A stretch of DNA of 43,047 nucleotides, taken from contig JARFOE010000004.1 in the NCBI GenBank assembly GCA_031763465.1, positions 2,320,443-2,363,489 on the forward strand, in the 5' to 3' direction. Below are positions 1 to 12,771 of the stretch, one piece after another. The stretch comes from Squatina squatina (taxonomy: Eukaryota). Under the pieces are notes generated by a model. That model saw nothing but the letters and a program-made list of their open reading frames with translations, searched no databases and was not told where the DNA came from. Both the position numbers and the translations under genes were made by a program. Numbering within the stretch: the stretch's first letter is position 1; each line of letters begins with the position of its first letter.

Positions 1-579
1 TCAATCCCCCTCCCTTTCCTTAAAGGGGAGGGCCGCTGCACACACTGCCAGATTTCTGATGGCCTCTACTGGGCCCCAGGGCAGCGGGGTACTGAGGCCA
101 CAGCCCGGCACCCAAAACAGAGTGCTGGGCTGCATGATGGTGGTCCATGCAAGGGAAGAGAAAGTAGGGCCGACTGACGAGTCGACAAAACCGGCAAGAT
201 GGCAGTGAAGGGCACTCCCCACCTCCCCTTTAACTTCCCCCTGTGAGTGGAGGATCGGCCAGGTTTGCGACCTGCGAGGCTGGCGCTGACGCGCTCGCGG
301 CATCCTCGCGGGGCGCTGGGCACTTTCTGCCATGGGGCGAGGGCAGTTTTCGCCGTGGGGCTGAAAGGGGTCGGCCCATGGCGCTAAGGGATCGCCACGC
401 ACGGCAATGACATCATCGTTGGTTACACGGTGTGGGAGCGCCTCTGCTAACTTCCGCTCAATTTAGTGGGACCTGGTAGTCCCCCTCCCTTCCCCAGGTG
501 AAAACTGTTTTGCAGTGAGTCTAAGACCAGAGGCCAAGCCCTTTGAGTGCCCCAATGGACGCGAATGAATTTTAGCCCC
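1..579. mobile_element. GC-rich non-autonomous DNA transposon (MITE-like), right end
   Basis: GC/CpG-rich block in AT-rich DNA ending GAATTTTAGCCCC (567-579), which matches the terminal motif of other MITEs here. It shares internal motifs (GATGTCAT, CTTAAA.GGGAGGGCC) with the element at 33377. Confidence 0.65.
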
Positions 580-1787
580 TCTATGTCTACACAATGCAGA
601 CCATCTTTGAGATTGACTGCTGACAATCCCCTTTGCTCTTTTGTTGCTTATAATTTACAGTTCCTTTATTTGTTATTGCTGTCCTCAAATTCCTAGGTGT
701 AGCCTACCACTTAAATTAAAAAGCCATTCATAGTTGCAATTCAATTCCTTTCGTTTTTACATATTGACATTTGTTCTGACTGGAGTCAAAGTGGCTCGCA
801 GCAACAGAGAGTGATGCTGCTTATTCGCAGATGATCTATATACCAATTCAAAGAAAACATTGCTTTTAATTTGTTGCACTGTAGCCTTCACCAGATCTTT
901 AAAACACTCCGACAAAATCACTTGACAAATAGCAACAGAAAATCCATACTCCATCTCTGTTCATCGGCCTTTTTGATACTGTGTACGGCTAGAGCTGTGT
1001 CAGACAAGTTCCGATAGATTTCTTCCCGTTGCTGTTTTATTTGGTGCATTACTATGAAACTTAAGGCTTAAAGTGTAGTCAAGTATCCTCAAAAGCTGCC
1101 ATTTTGGGAAGCCCTTTACAAAATGGGATTAGTTTAGTCAAACCAAAATGCCTCTCANNNNNNNNNNNNNNNNNNNNNNNNNNNNNNNNNNNNNNNNNNN
1201 NNNNNNNNNNNNNNNNNNNNNNNNNNNNNNNNNNNNNNNNNNNNNNNNNNNNNNNNNAATAACGTTTTACTGTGTGGTGTTCCAGCATTCAATTACAGAA
1301 TCGTTAACAGCCCACCAGGAGCTAGCACAGCTGATAGGATATCTCACTGTGAGCTTCCGGTCTTTGCTCATTTGTGTAAAATGCCATCCCACTTCCCTTG
1401 TGGCTGCAGAACTTCTGAGTTATGCATCTTTCGCGATCAAGAAAGAACTACCATAACTCACTGTCAAGAGCGAGACATCCTCTTTTTAAACATTACATAC
1501 TTCAGTGCTTAAAGTCTACTCAAGATGCAAAATCTTCAAAGTGTTCGCATTAATCAAATTTAATGTAATTTTAGGTAATTTGAAGACCCAATATAGACTC
1601 CAAAATGTTAGACTTTGTGATTTCAGTGAAAAATGACCTGGTAAATTGGTAGATATAATAAAGACACTTACTGCTGAGTACTGAGATAGTAATTAAAGGA
1701 TGAAAGTTAGGAGGAGTGCTTCCTGCTTGATGTATTCTCTTCAGCTCTCCAAAAAAAAAAGAAAGCACACATGTATCTATACATAAC

Positions 1788-2332
1788 GGGCGGCAAATTT
1801 GACTTCCCTGAGTTACTGGCGCTAACAGACGAATTGTTGAGCACAAAGTTCCGGTTTCGGTACTTTCCCTTTAAGGCCTGCAATTTGGCATATAGAAAAA
1901 AAAATTCTGACAGATTAAAAATTACGTGCTAATTTCAGTGCTAAAACTTAGCGCTGATTATCTTAGTTTATTTCACCAGTCCAGTTGCAGTAGAATCCTA
2001 ACTGGAAACAATCAGCCCTCAGGCTTCCTCAGCATTTAAAGTGGGGTCTTTCTCACAAACAACCACTGTTGGAGTCTTGGAGGAGTTGAAGAGCAGAGTG
2101 TTGCATCATAAGCGAGATTACAGAAGAAGACAGATGGCAGAGAGGAACGTGGCTAGACTCAGGGTTCCCTGTTTCTCAGAGGCAGCCCTTGAGGCACTCG
2201 TACCATCAGTTGACAGAAGGGTTAGAAGGGGAACAGCCAAGATGATAAGGTGAGCCGGGAGGAACATGGCGACGGAATGGAACGGAAATCAATGTCACAA
2301 GAAATGTAATGATCTCACGCGAGTTGTGAAGG
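1788..2332 (+). mobile_element. Harbinger/PIF-like DNA transposon 5' part with degenerate Myb/SANT-like ORF
   Basis: Starts GGGCGGCAAATTTG. From ATG 2134 it reads MAERNVARLRVPCFSEAALEALV...QCHKKCNDLTRVVK, matching the Myb/SANT-like DNA-binding pattern R.P.FS..ALE.LV...QC.KK.NDL. Runs into an N gap. Confidence 0.7.
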
Positions 2333-4384
2333 NNNNNNNNNNNNNNNNNNNNNNNNNNNNNNNNNNNNNNNNNNNNNNNNNNNNNNNNNNNNNNNNNNNN
2401 NNNNNNNNNNNNNNNNNNNNNNNNNNNNNNNNAGATTTAGGTAAAGGTTTAGGTCTGGGCATATTTATGTGTAATCGGGAATAACTATATGACAGTACCA
2501 TTGGATGCTTATCTGTAATCTTTTGTTGATTTTAAGTGAAAGTAATTTACCTCCAGAAATCTTCATCTCAAGTTGTCTGTTCTACAGTCCAAACTTTATA
2601 AACTATTTGGATGGGACGAGGGGTAATTCCACACATCGTACAAAGGCACGTGTCGGTCAATGAGGACTGAGGTGTTAGACAAGTGAGACTTCGTACCAGA
2701 CAGGATATGTGCAACAGAGCTTTGGACAAGTTGGAGTTTATGGAAGTTGAAGAATGGGAGTTGGCATTAGTGTACTTAAGTCTGGAGATGACAATAGATA
2801 TGAATGTGGGTTACAACAGCAGATGTGGTCAATGTGGTGGAGGGCCGACCTCTGCAGATATGACTGTAGACATCTGTAATAATGAGAGTGTTCGTATTCT
2901 GGAAGGATGAAATAAAATATGCTTAATGGCCTTCTTCATTTGAACTTATTTTGGACCAATCTACATTCACTATATTAGGAACATAAAGGATGCAAAATTC
3001 CCCTATATATTACCAGTATTTTTATAGCAGGCAGAGGATACATGGGGCTGAGCAAGTGCATTTACAGACTAGTTTCATACCAGCATCTCATTTTTTGGTA
3101 GTTTTTATATTATTAGCTTTATAGTTGAACACAGGATTCATGAAGGAGGTAATGTAAAAAGGCTTCTGAAAAGTAATTAAGTCTAATCTTAGCAGCCAAT
3201 TTGTTTTAATTGCTTTTCAATAAGTAAAAATGTTATTCTCTTTTTAACATTACCATCAATGCCTAAGTCTGAAGTACTGAAGATGGGTGAGTCTGAAGTG
3301 CTGTCCACGACAACTGTCACCTGAGATTTACTGCATAGCTGTTAAAAACAACATTTCCCCACTAGACCCGTTCCTGTTCTAACTCACCATCTGTTCAGAC
3401 AGTGCACAGTTCATAATTTATTATTCTGACACGCCAATTGCTTATAAATGGCCTGCTGACTACCGTTGATCCGCATTTGCAGTCGTAAGTAATCACAGAG
3501 CATTTCCATTCACAAGAGGTTACATATTACATTATTTCGGATATTCAATTTTCAGATGATAAGCAATTTTTCACTGTAGACGAATATGGGTTTTCCTTCG
3601 AATGAGTTGTCTTCTTCAATCTAAAAGCCATACTGATCCGTTATGTTACCAAGCTTGGTACAGAGCCAAATTGTTCCATTTTTTTTATGCTGGAATGTTT
3701 CCAGGGCTACTGACTCTTCTGCACCTACAGAAATGTAGCATTTTGTATTAATTGTGTAAAGATCCTTGACTGATCAGTTTGCAGAAGGAACATTCTGGAG
3801 CTTATGACCCATTTCAGCTTGTCCTAAGTTGACAGAGATCATTTGCGATGTGCAAGAACATGTTAGTCACACTCAGGGGGCAGTAAGTAGAATCAATCTG
3901 GAGTGAGCAAATACAAGGAACTCTGCTCTTTGTTCTGGTGGCTTCCCTTCCAAGTTATTCTGTCGATATTTTCAGCCATCTCTATAAATTGATTGTTTTT
4001 GCACGTTTAGCAGTTGGCATCAAATTTCTCACTCCTATCCCAAAGATGTTAGATGAATTTACCCTATTGGCTATAAATTTGGGAAATGTTCCAGGGTCTT
4101 TGTTGACTCCAGATTCTGACCAGCTCCTCACCTCTTCTGTCCAATAAATAACTCATGCCACTTTTACGCTGATACTGAGTACTGGGAAATCAGTTTAAGG
4201 CGTGGACCTTCCTTTTATGTTGATTTATGATATGTTGGCGCCAGTCTTTCAGGTAAAGAGTGTGTGGGAGCAGATGATAGCAGATTTGGAGAAAAAAAAA
4301 GATTCCCACCTTTTTCTACCACAGGAGATTTCCCCTGCAATTCAATGGCTGCAAATTGTATTGGGAAAGGAAATCAAGAGAAGC

Positions 4385-4570
4385 AACCCAGACTTACAGA
4401 ATGAGTTGAACAAGATATGCGAGTGAAACAAATAATAGCAGATGAAATGTAATGTTGACAAATGTAATCAATGCACATAGGAGTTAAAAATGGGAAACAT
4501 ACACAATCCATGTTGTTGAAATAGCAAAGGATGAGGCTGAAGGGAGGTTTTAGATGGGTCAATGCTCAAC
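4385..4570 (+). mobile_element. Old CR1 LINE ORF2 fragment (RT C-terminal part)
   Basis: Frameshifted translation DLQNELNKICE*...QMKCNVDKC..MHIG resembles the CR1 pattern LQ.DLD.L.EWA..WQM.FNVDKC.VMH.G. Confidence 0.7.
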
Positions 4571-5060
4571 GGCCTAGTAATTCATTGGCGCCGTGTCCAT
4601 TTTGCCTGTATTTACTGGAGTAAAATGGAAGCGTAAGTATCCAATATGGTGGACGGTGTGTGCCCCCCCACCTGAAATTAGACATTAGACCATTTGCATC
4701 TGCAAATAGGGGGGCTGACACCTGTTTTCGGAATCCTTCCCAAAATAGGGCTGCCCTGAACGCAGCCAGTGGGCATTCAGCATAACCAGGTCTATATGTA
4801 GCCTAATCAGAGGTCCTTAAAGAGACTGCCACATAAAAAGGTAGGTCTTGTCAAACATAATTACCTGAGTGTGGTCCCGGGATGAACAGTCCTAAAGACT
4901 ATTGCTGACCAATGCTAGGCCCCCTCCCAATTATCTTCCCCAACCCGAGGACCTACCTGAAGGTTGCTGCCAACATCGCAATGGCCCAAAATTGACCGTC
5001 AAGCTCCCTGGGAATGGGCAACAGGCATCTGTAGCTCGACAGTCTAATTTAAATGAGACC
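4571..5060. mobile_element. MITE-like DNA transposon remnant
   Basis: Begins GGCCTAGTAATTC, similar to the family terminal motif. Raised GC with an internal CCTTAAAG motif. Right end unclear. Confidence 0.4.
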
Positions 5061-7748
5061 CTTCAGGATTGCTCGAAAAACCCAACTGGTTCACTAATGT
5101 CCACACCCTCCATTCCTTGTAATCTAAATTACTGCTTGTTTCCCTCTATGTCCACTATTGAAAGCTGATTACTCAGTCAGACTATTGCAGCCTTAATCAC
5201 CTTCTGCATGCACTCCTGTATCACATCCTGCATACACCAATACGTTCCGGTATAGCTGCCTCTAGAAGCCAGGGAAGATGTGGAAAAATTCAAGTCAGAT
5301 ATAACTTTAATTTCCACAAGTGGATCAGTGAGAATTAACAGAAATGGTGTCCTGATCTGCAATAAGAAATACTTAGAGCTTCGTGATGACCTCTTTGCAG
5401 AACCTTCTTGTACAATGCTGTCTGGATAGATGAGCCCATCATTTCTTGTCCTGCACACCCTTCTGTCAACGGAATGGATTAGCTGATGTTTGTGGAGGAT
5501 GGAGACTGTGAGGCCGGAAATAGCCACGTTTAGGTCAGACATGCTTGTTGATGAACCAGATAGGGTTGAGGCCATGTTTCACTTAACTTAATTTCCATAC
5601 ATGTGAAGAAGTTCTGATGGATGCTTGAATCTAAATGGTGTCAATATTCATTTTGCAGTTGCCCAATTTCTGCCTGTAATATTTCCATAACTCTGTGCTT
5701 TAATTGACATNNNNNNNNNNNNNNNNNNNNNNNNNNNNNNNNNNNNNNNNNNNNNNNNNNNNNNNNNNNNNNNNNNNNNNNNNNNNNNNNNNNNNNNNNN
5801 NNNNNNNNNNTGGTATGTAGGTTTCGGACAATAGCTTGTACTTTTCAGCTGATGGGGTTTTGCGGGCAGTCTCTTCTTCTGTGGAAATGAGGACAGTGTG
5901 AATTTTCATGCTGAAGTAATCCTGCCCAGAGCAAAATGCACTCTAGTGGCCCTTTTTATAAAAGCTGTTGTTTTTTCTCAACAAGATGCTGTGGGCTTGC
6001 AGTTATCAAAGTTTATGGTTATTTTACCAGACCATTGTACATCCCTGTGGATTGTAACAATATCAGGAACTAGGTGCAATATAATTGTCTGTACTGCTTG
6101 TGGCCAATTCACTGAGAATGCAATTGAAAGTATGGTGANNNNNNNNNNTGAGGGTTTCACATTGACAAAGCGGCTCAACTGTTTTTCATATTGAACTATT
6201 TTCCAAAGTTCTTTCAATGGAGCTGGTAATTGGGGTCAGGCTAATACATTGCAAGCTGGGATATCATTATTTTGCCATGACATGAAATACATCATTTAAA
6301 CAAGAAGGTAACAGATAAAAAGAGGCTTTGGAAAATATTTTTGTCTTTCTAGGTCATTGGCTCCCTTATAGCAACTAATGGGTCGAAGGTCTGCAGTTTT
6401 TCCAGTACACTACTGCCAGAACTCTTGGCAGAAATTAGCCTGGATATCAGCCTTACCCCAGGGATTCCACGGGCTTTGGAAGAGATGGACCTCCGCCCGC
6501 CTCTTACAAGACAGCAGCATAGGATGGAATGAGGCCAAGAATGTTGACTTCCAGCGCTGTGGCCTGGCGTTTGGCAGAAATGGTCCCACCTGGCCTGCAC
6601 CCTCAAAGACACTTAGACCTTTTTCTTTGAATAAGTGCAGCCGCCTTTCAGAGAGAGGATGCTGGTAGCACATCAAATCTTTTCAGGGTGGTGGGGGAGG
6701 AATCCCAGTACCCTCTTCCCCCAGAACCAACAAGTTAGGCTGCAAATTGCAGTCTATGAAGGCAGGAGGGGCACTTAGATGTGCTCTTAGTGATGCAAGC
6801 ATCTGCCATTCACATGCAAATAAAAGGGGCTTCCCCCTGGCCCCATGGTGACCCCGGGCTGACTTAACCCAGCACTTAANNNNNNNNNNTAATGCCAGGG
6901 TGTCACCTCCTCCGTGTGGATTTTCTAGATCCGAACATCTTTGAAACGTTCTTTCTGATGCCTTCTACTGCGTGATTATGTGACACTAGCCATCTAGTTG
7001 TGACTTTTTCGGAGGTTGGGAGACGCTGGAAGTTCCAGGTCAGTCCAATGTGCTGACTCCCATTAAAATCAGTGTGGCACTCTCAGAGCCTGCCACACTG
7101 GAAATATTCCTGAGAGAAGCAGGGAAGTGATATATCCCTTANNNNNNNNNNNNNNNNNNNNNNNNNNNNNNNNNNNNNNNNNNNNNNNNNNNNNNNNNNN
7201 NNNNNNNNNNNNNNNNNNNNNNNNNNNNNNNNNNNNNNNNNAAATCACTGAACAGCGATTAGGTGATGTCAGGCTTCCTTGTTAAAAAGTGGACGGAATG
7301 ACTGAGGGGCGCATTTCTTTATGGTAAATGTTGAATGTAAAAGCTTTTAAAGTACGTGATATATGAATTCTCCTGCAATATATAATGACTTTATACAGCA
7401 ACCAAATGATACTTGCAGCAATGAAATGTACTGTGGTAATGAAGGACAGAAAATTTATTCCCTTCATCAGAATATCAACTTGTGCATCTTCTTCTGTGAA
7501 GACAGTCTTGTTACATTCTCAACATCGAAATTCAAAATAAATCAATATGTACTAAAAAGGTCTCGTACTCTTAAAATGAAAATGTGAAAAAGACGGATCA
7601 GTGCGTATCACTAAAGTATTATTGAGATAAATTAATAGCTGAAGCTGAAATCTCTATGCAGAGAATTTTTATGGGATACAGCAGCAACGTAAATCCCCTC
7701 GATGAATTAAAGAAAGTCGAGCAGCTTGAGAAGCTTTTTAAATACAGC

Positions 7749-7764
7749 ACTGCAGGGGGCACCA
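7749..7764 (+). promoter_or_regulatory. CTCF-like motif
   Basis: ACTGCAGGGGGCACCA versus the consensus CCASYAGRKGGCRSYA: two mismatches. Lies in unique-looking DNA. Confidence 0.4.
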
Positions 7765-7832
7765 GCATGCTGTTTATTTAATATCTGTTAGCTTTGGCGC
7801 TTAATAGCGATGGAATCAAATGACGTTTGGAC

Positions 7833-7848
7833 GTGTGCCCTCTGGTAA
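7833..7848 (-). promoter_or_regulatory. CTCF-like motif
   Basis: Minus strand reads TTACCAGAGGGCACAC, with the core ACCAGAGGGCAC intact. Confidence 0.3.
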
Positions 7849-9269
7849 AAGCTCAACATTTTGCCTGCATTCTCCTCCTCACAAAGACCTCCTTTAAAGA
7901 AGGGGCCTCTTTTGTCGCCCTTTTAATAAATTGAACAGACGAAACAAATGGTGCTCAATGTTTTTTTATTGTGAATGTTTCGGCTTAAACAAGGCCTGTT
8001 TGAGTCTGACTGTGTGAGGAAGCTGACTTAACATGCACGACTGAAANNNNNNNNNNNNNNNNNNNNNNNNNNNNNNNNNNNNNNNNNNNNNNNNNNNNNN
8101 NNNNNNNNNNNNNNNNNNNNNNNNNNNNNNNNNNNNNNNNNNNNNNTGGGTTAATGCAGATGTGACTCAGCATCAAAAGTGTGGCCTGATCATAAAATGA
8201 AAAGAAGTGAGATCACATAGTCTGATCTTCAGTGAGGTGTAATCTTATTCTGCAGTTCTCAGATTTATTGGGCCATTAAGTTTATATAGCGATAGTTGTA
8301 ATAATTAGATGCGCAGTACTTAGAGGTTCAAATCAGTAGGATCTTAAGTCAATACTGTAGGATGCCTTGGGCCCACTGATTACATGGCCCCCTTTGAGTA
8401 ACCAGGTCATAGATCTTCTTGAAACTATAAAATTAATAATGTCTTATATCAAGGGTTGAAATTCCTGAACTAATACCATTGAGCTAAACAAAATGCATTC
8501 TTCAGCATCATAGTGTCAACCTAGTTCAAATGGGATGGCCAAATTGATTCACTGAGCAGGAAAACAAACAAAAGATTGCATTGCTGAAAACCGACAGATT
8601 GCAATGAAGCAAACTTGCTATAGTTTTACAAAACCATTAATCTTTATCTGGAATATGCCTGTCAGATTTGTCATACCTGTCTATCAACCAAGGCCAAGAG
8701 TAAATTAAAGCCAATGCAGAAATGAACTTGAACGATAATTTTAAGTGATGGCAACTTCAGAGAAGCACTTAGGATAAGTCATTTGGAGATGTTTGACAAG
8801 AAATGTTTGTATTGGGGTAACATTTCTTTTACTGAGCTGCTTAGAGCATCAATCACTCATACGAGTCCTCAAGATGGCTGCACAGATAAAAAAGGAGACC
8901 AGTAAATTATTAAATATATACACCATTGCAGTGTGATAAATCAAAACAAATGGCTGATACCTTTACATCGCAGTAATAAGACACAACATCCTTTTATTCC
9001 TTGCTGTCACTTTGATTAGCAATTACATTAATATAAGATGTGTCATTATAACCATCTCAAATTTATACTACATCAAATTTGTTAATAAGGCCTGTACTGT
9101 TTTATATTTCACTATTTCATGAACTTTTATGATTAATTGGTGTAGTTTTTATATTCACCTTCAACTATTATTTATTGTGTTGTTTGCAGTAAAAATTACA
9201 TTATTTATATGAATTCCACAACCACATAAATTACAAAATCAGGTGGAAATATTGTTTATATCCCAAATA

Positions 9270-9480
9270 TAGTAGCAAATGCTCCCTGGCGAGTGATAAA
9301 GAGTAAATGGAAAGTAAGACAATGTTATTTAATGGGTTTAAATGGATTAATTGCATTGGTAATGATTAATTAACTGGGTAATAACTCCATTCTTATGAGA
9401 AGACTGCACCATTGAAGCAGCAGTCTTCATTAATCTAAAGCATGCTGACAGCTCTGTCAACACAGGTTTGGCAGAAAATC
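9270..9480. promoter_or_regulatory. Candidate conserved non-coding enhancer
   Basis: Dense TAAT/ATTA sites (GGATTAATTG, TGATTAATTA, TAATCT) and an inverted TGACAG pair TGACAGCTCTGTCA at 9446-9459. No repeat similarity recognised. Conservation not tested. Confidence 0.35.
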
Positions 9481-9966
9481 TTGAGACTGAGAATGAGAAA
9501 CAGAATTATAGGTATATAGTTGTTGCTATTTTAGTTTAATGTGTTAATGAGGAATTAATCATCAACTAGTATAAAGTAGTTACAACAGAATACTATATTT
9601 TAGAAACATAATACCAAACTAAAATACAAAACTCTTTTGAGGTATATTACTTAGTCCATAACTTATATTTAAAACATGAAACAATTTTACCTGTGATTTC
9701 TGTTCATTGTATTCAGATGTATGGTAGATGAATCAAAAACATGGAGGCAGATTATACTCTGACCTAAATATGCGATGGCATTTTAAGGACAATGTCCAAA
9801 TACATCACCTCTTGTACTCATGGTTATTAGGCAGCCAAAAATGCATTTTAAAATTGACATTGAAATTAACATTGCCGCATTATAAAACAGCATACACATG
9901 TTCTAACATATTATCATAGGGCCTTCAGTGCCATTGCCAGTTATACTTCTACATTCATTGATTATC

Positions 9967-10369
9967 AAGGAATATGAAAAGAAATAATAAAGTGTTCTAT
10001 AGACTCATAAATAACAAGGAAAATTAAAGTAGGGGTAGGACCACTGATGAGCAAGATAAACTCACAGGTAATAAGAGAGAAGTGGCAAAAGTATTGAATA
10101 ACTACTTCACCTCAGATTTTGACAAACTAGCAAAACTAAAAGAGGATAAAATTCCAGGTCCGGTTGGTATCCACCCACCCATACTCAAGTAAACTAGGGA
10201 GGAGATAGCAGAGGCACTAGCTTATATATACAATAGTTTCATAGATGAGGGGATAGTACCATAGGATTGGCAGACAGCTAGGGCGGTAGAACAAAACCTG
10301 GGAACTACAAAGCAGTCAGCTTAACGTCAGTGATAGGAAAACTACTGAAATCTAAACTAAAAGAAGCAA
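9967..10369 (+). mobile_element. CR1 LINE ORF2 fragment (linker and RT start)
   Basis: Translates with stops as NNKVFYRLINN...LKEDKIPGPVGIHPPILK*TREEIAEALAYIYNSFIDEGIVP*DWQTA...PGNYKAVSLTSVIGKLL. Confidence 0.9.
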
Positions 10370-11451
10370 NNNNNNNNNNNNNNNNNNNNNNNNNNNNNNN
10401 NNNNNNNNNNNNNNNNNNNNNNNNNNNNNNNNNNNNNNNNNNNNNNNNNNNNNNNNNNNNNNNNNNNNNTGGGAAGACTACCATTCCCCAGCACTAACCT
10501 CTGTCATCTTGAGAAGCACAAAAAATGATGCTGGACCTGAAACTATATAGCAGTTCATAGCTGGTACGATAGTAACAGCAGTGGCAGAACACAGCAAAAT
10601 ATAGATCATATTTATTTTAAATTTAGTAAATAGAATGTGATATTAAGAAACTCCAACAATATTTGTTGCAATGAACTGGTCCTACAAATGGCACATAACC
10701 AACATTTAGTTGTTTTGATTTGCCAAATCCACTATCACATTCAATCTATAATTATACAGCTAGTTCCCTTTTGGATTCTGGATTTGCTTAAACCAAAATT
10801 GTTTATTGACCTGCTGTACTTCGCATGTCATTGAATGTATTAAGTAAAGTTAATGAGCATTTGACTGGCCAGGTATTCGTTTACCCAGAAGCAATTTCCT
10901 CTAAATCCAGTGTTTCTAAATCTATCTGCATTCATTGCCCTTCAAGTAATGCAACTGGAGCTGGCTGCCTTTGAAATCAGAGTCACTGCAGCTTTGTTTC
11001 AGCTCTTTTCAATTGTTGTATTTGGTGTGATGCACAAGCCTTAGTTCTGTATATTTTAGCTCTTACTACCTCCTTCCCCATCTTATAAAAGCTCCTCAAA
11101 ACCAGCCACTTTAACTGTCATTTGCATGTGAAAGACAATAATTAGCGACTCATTGCATGGGTTTAGGACAAAGTGCCTTCCAAATCGATAAATTATACTA
11201 CCATTCCATATATGTCTCTAGATAGATAAAGCATTCAGTCCTTGTCCAACTCTTTTCAATATATGAGTCCTCAATGGTTTACCAAAAAAAACACTGGTGA
11301 TTATATTTTTGGTCAGAATGAGCAGAAAATACCACATGCCTAAGACTCTCCAAAAGAAACGACTAAGAAACTTACATTCAGTTTGCGCTTGCTTAATTTT
11401 TAATGTATACTCAGTCCCACTTAGGAGCACACCACACTTATCTAACCTCAA

Positions 11452-11525
11452 AGAACATAGGCATAGAAACATAGAAACATAGAAAAATAGGTGCAGGAGT
11501 AGGCCATTCGGCCCTTCGAGCCTGC
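11452..11525 (-). mobile_element. Young CR1 LINE 3' end
   Basis: (CATAGAAA)n tail followed by ATAGGTGCAGGAGTAGGCCATTCGGCCCTTCGAGCCTGC; near-identical to 13574-13640. Runs into a gap. Confidence 0.9.
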
Positions 11526-12711
11526 NNNNNNNNNNNNNNNNNNNNNNNNNNNNNNNNNNNNNNNNNNNNNNNNNNNNNNNNNNNNNNNNNNNNNNNNNNN
11601 NNNNNNNNNNNNNNNNNNNNNNNNNTAAATCTCTTGACAGTGAATATAAAATTTGTGAGGTGGAGGGGAAGGGGATAAAGTAGTGTGACTGAAGAGCTGA
11701 CTATTCTATTGCTTTGAACAAGTTGCTGAAGCAACATAACAGGCATTTACAGTAGGCAGCAGTCCTAATTATAAAAACACCATATTAAAGTGTAATTGCC
11801 TATTGGAGACAATCTTTGGCCAATTTGAGAAACCGTGAAGTTCATGTTTTTAAGTATTATTTGCTGGAGAGGGTTTAAGCCCATGTTGGCCAATATGCAC
11901 TTTGAAAAACATGAGCAGGGTAATTTCCGAGAATTTGGAAAATGTAGTTACAAGACGCTTATAAGATTCAGTACACAGATACACTCAAGTGGAACAGAGG
12001 ACCCGAGTGAAGTTTATGGGTTTGATTGCTTTTCTATGTTAAGTTTTTGGATGGATAGTAAATTTGAAAAGATAATAATCCCTAAAGCATTTAAAAGAGC
12101 TTTTTGTTCACATAAAAGTAAAGCTTATTGAGGGTACGTGTAGTCAAAGAGCGTGAAGTGAAGGACTCTGCAATTGTCCCAGTAGATCTGTCTGCTGTTC
12201 TGAGATGACAGAGATATCAGAAGAGGTATCAGCCTGTACAATTGCTCGAGGGAAGTCTTCAGGGAAGAGTCATGCATCAGGATAGCATCTGCATATAGAT
12301 TGTTTTTTTCTGCATATAAATGAAGTTAGATTTAATATATTGGGGTAGGTTCTAATCTGCTGGCTGCTCGGTTCAGTTCTTTATTAGAATAGTAGTTGTA
12401 ATGAGAGGCAACATATCCCGTCGGTGTGGAATGGCTCAGAGGTCCGACCTGCTAAATCTCCCCAAGGTTTTCTGGGCCATTTACATGAGCCACATTGAAC
12501 AGCCACTGTGTGCTCTTAAAGTCATAACTGAATCCTAAATCTTTTGAGCATATGGAAACGATACATCAGTTCTATCTTGTCTGAGGCCACATTTCCTTAT
12601 TTTTAGTTCTCCTGTTGTACACCATCGAGAAATAGAACACGTGAATCCTTGACTGTCTGATCACATTGCATATTGAAGTAATTGCCAGCTGAAGACAAGG
12701 AGCTTTTTAGT

Positions 12712-12771
12712 ACAAAAACAAAATACTGTGGATGCTGTAATCTGAAATTTAAACAGAGAATGCTGGAAAAA
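12712..12771 (-). mobile_element. Terminus of an abundant shark repeat, probably Penelope-like
   Basis: AAAATACTGTGGATGCTGTAATCTGAAATTTAAACAGAGAATGCTGGAAAA, clearly homologous to 19004-19068. Family assignment is from memory. Confidence 0.6.

Noticed and set aside
1-402. 133-aa GC-rich ORF and apparent CpG-island promoter
   Set aside because: It lies inside a MITE-like repeat; GC-rich DNA yields spurious ORFs and the peptide has no recognisable domain.
2640-2955. Possible very old CR1 3' end and a 75-aa ORF
   Set aside because: Only AATGGCCTTCTTC resembles a CR1 tail; too degenerate to call, and the ORF has no recognisable motif.
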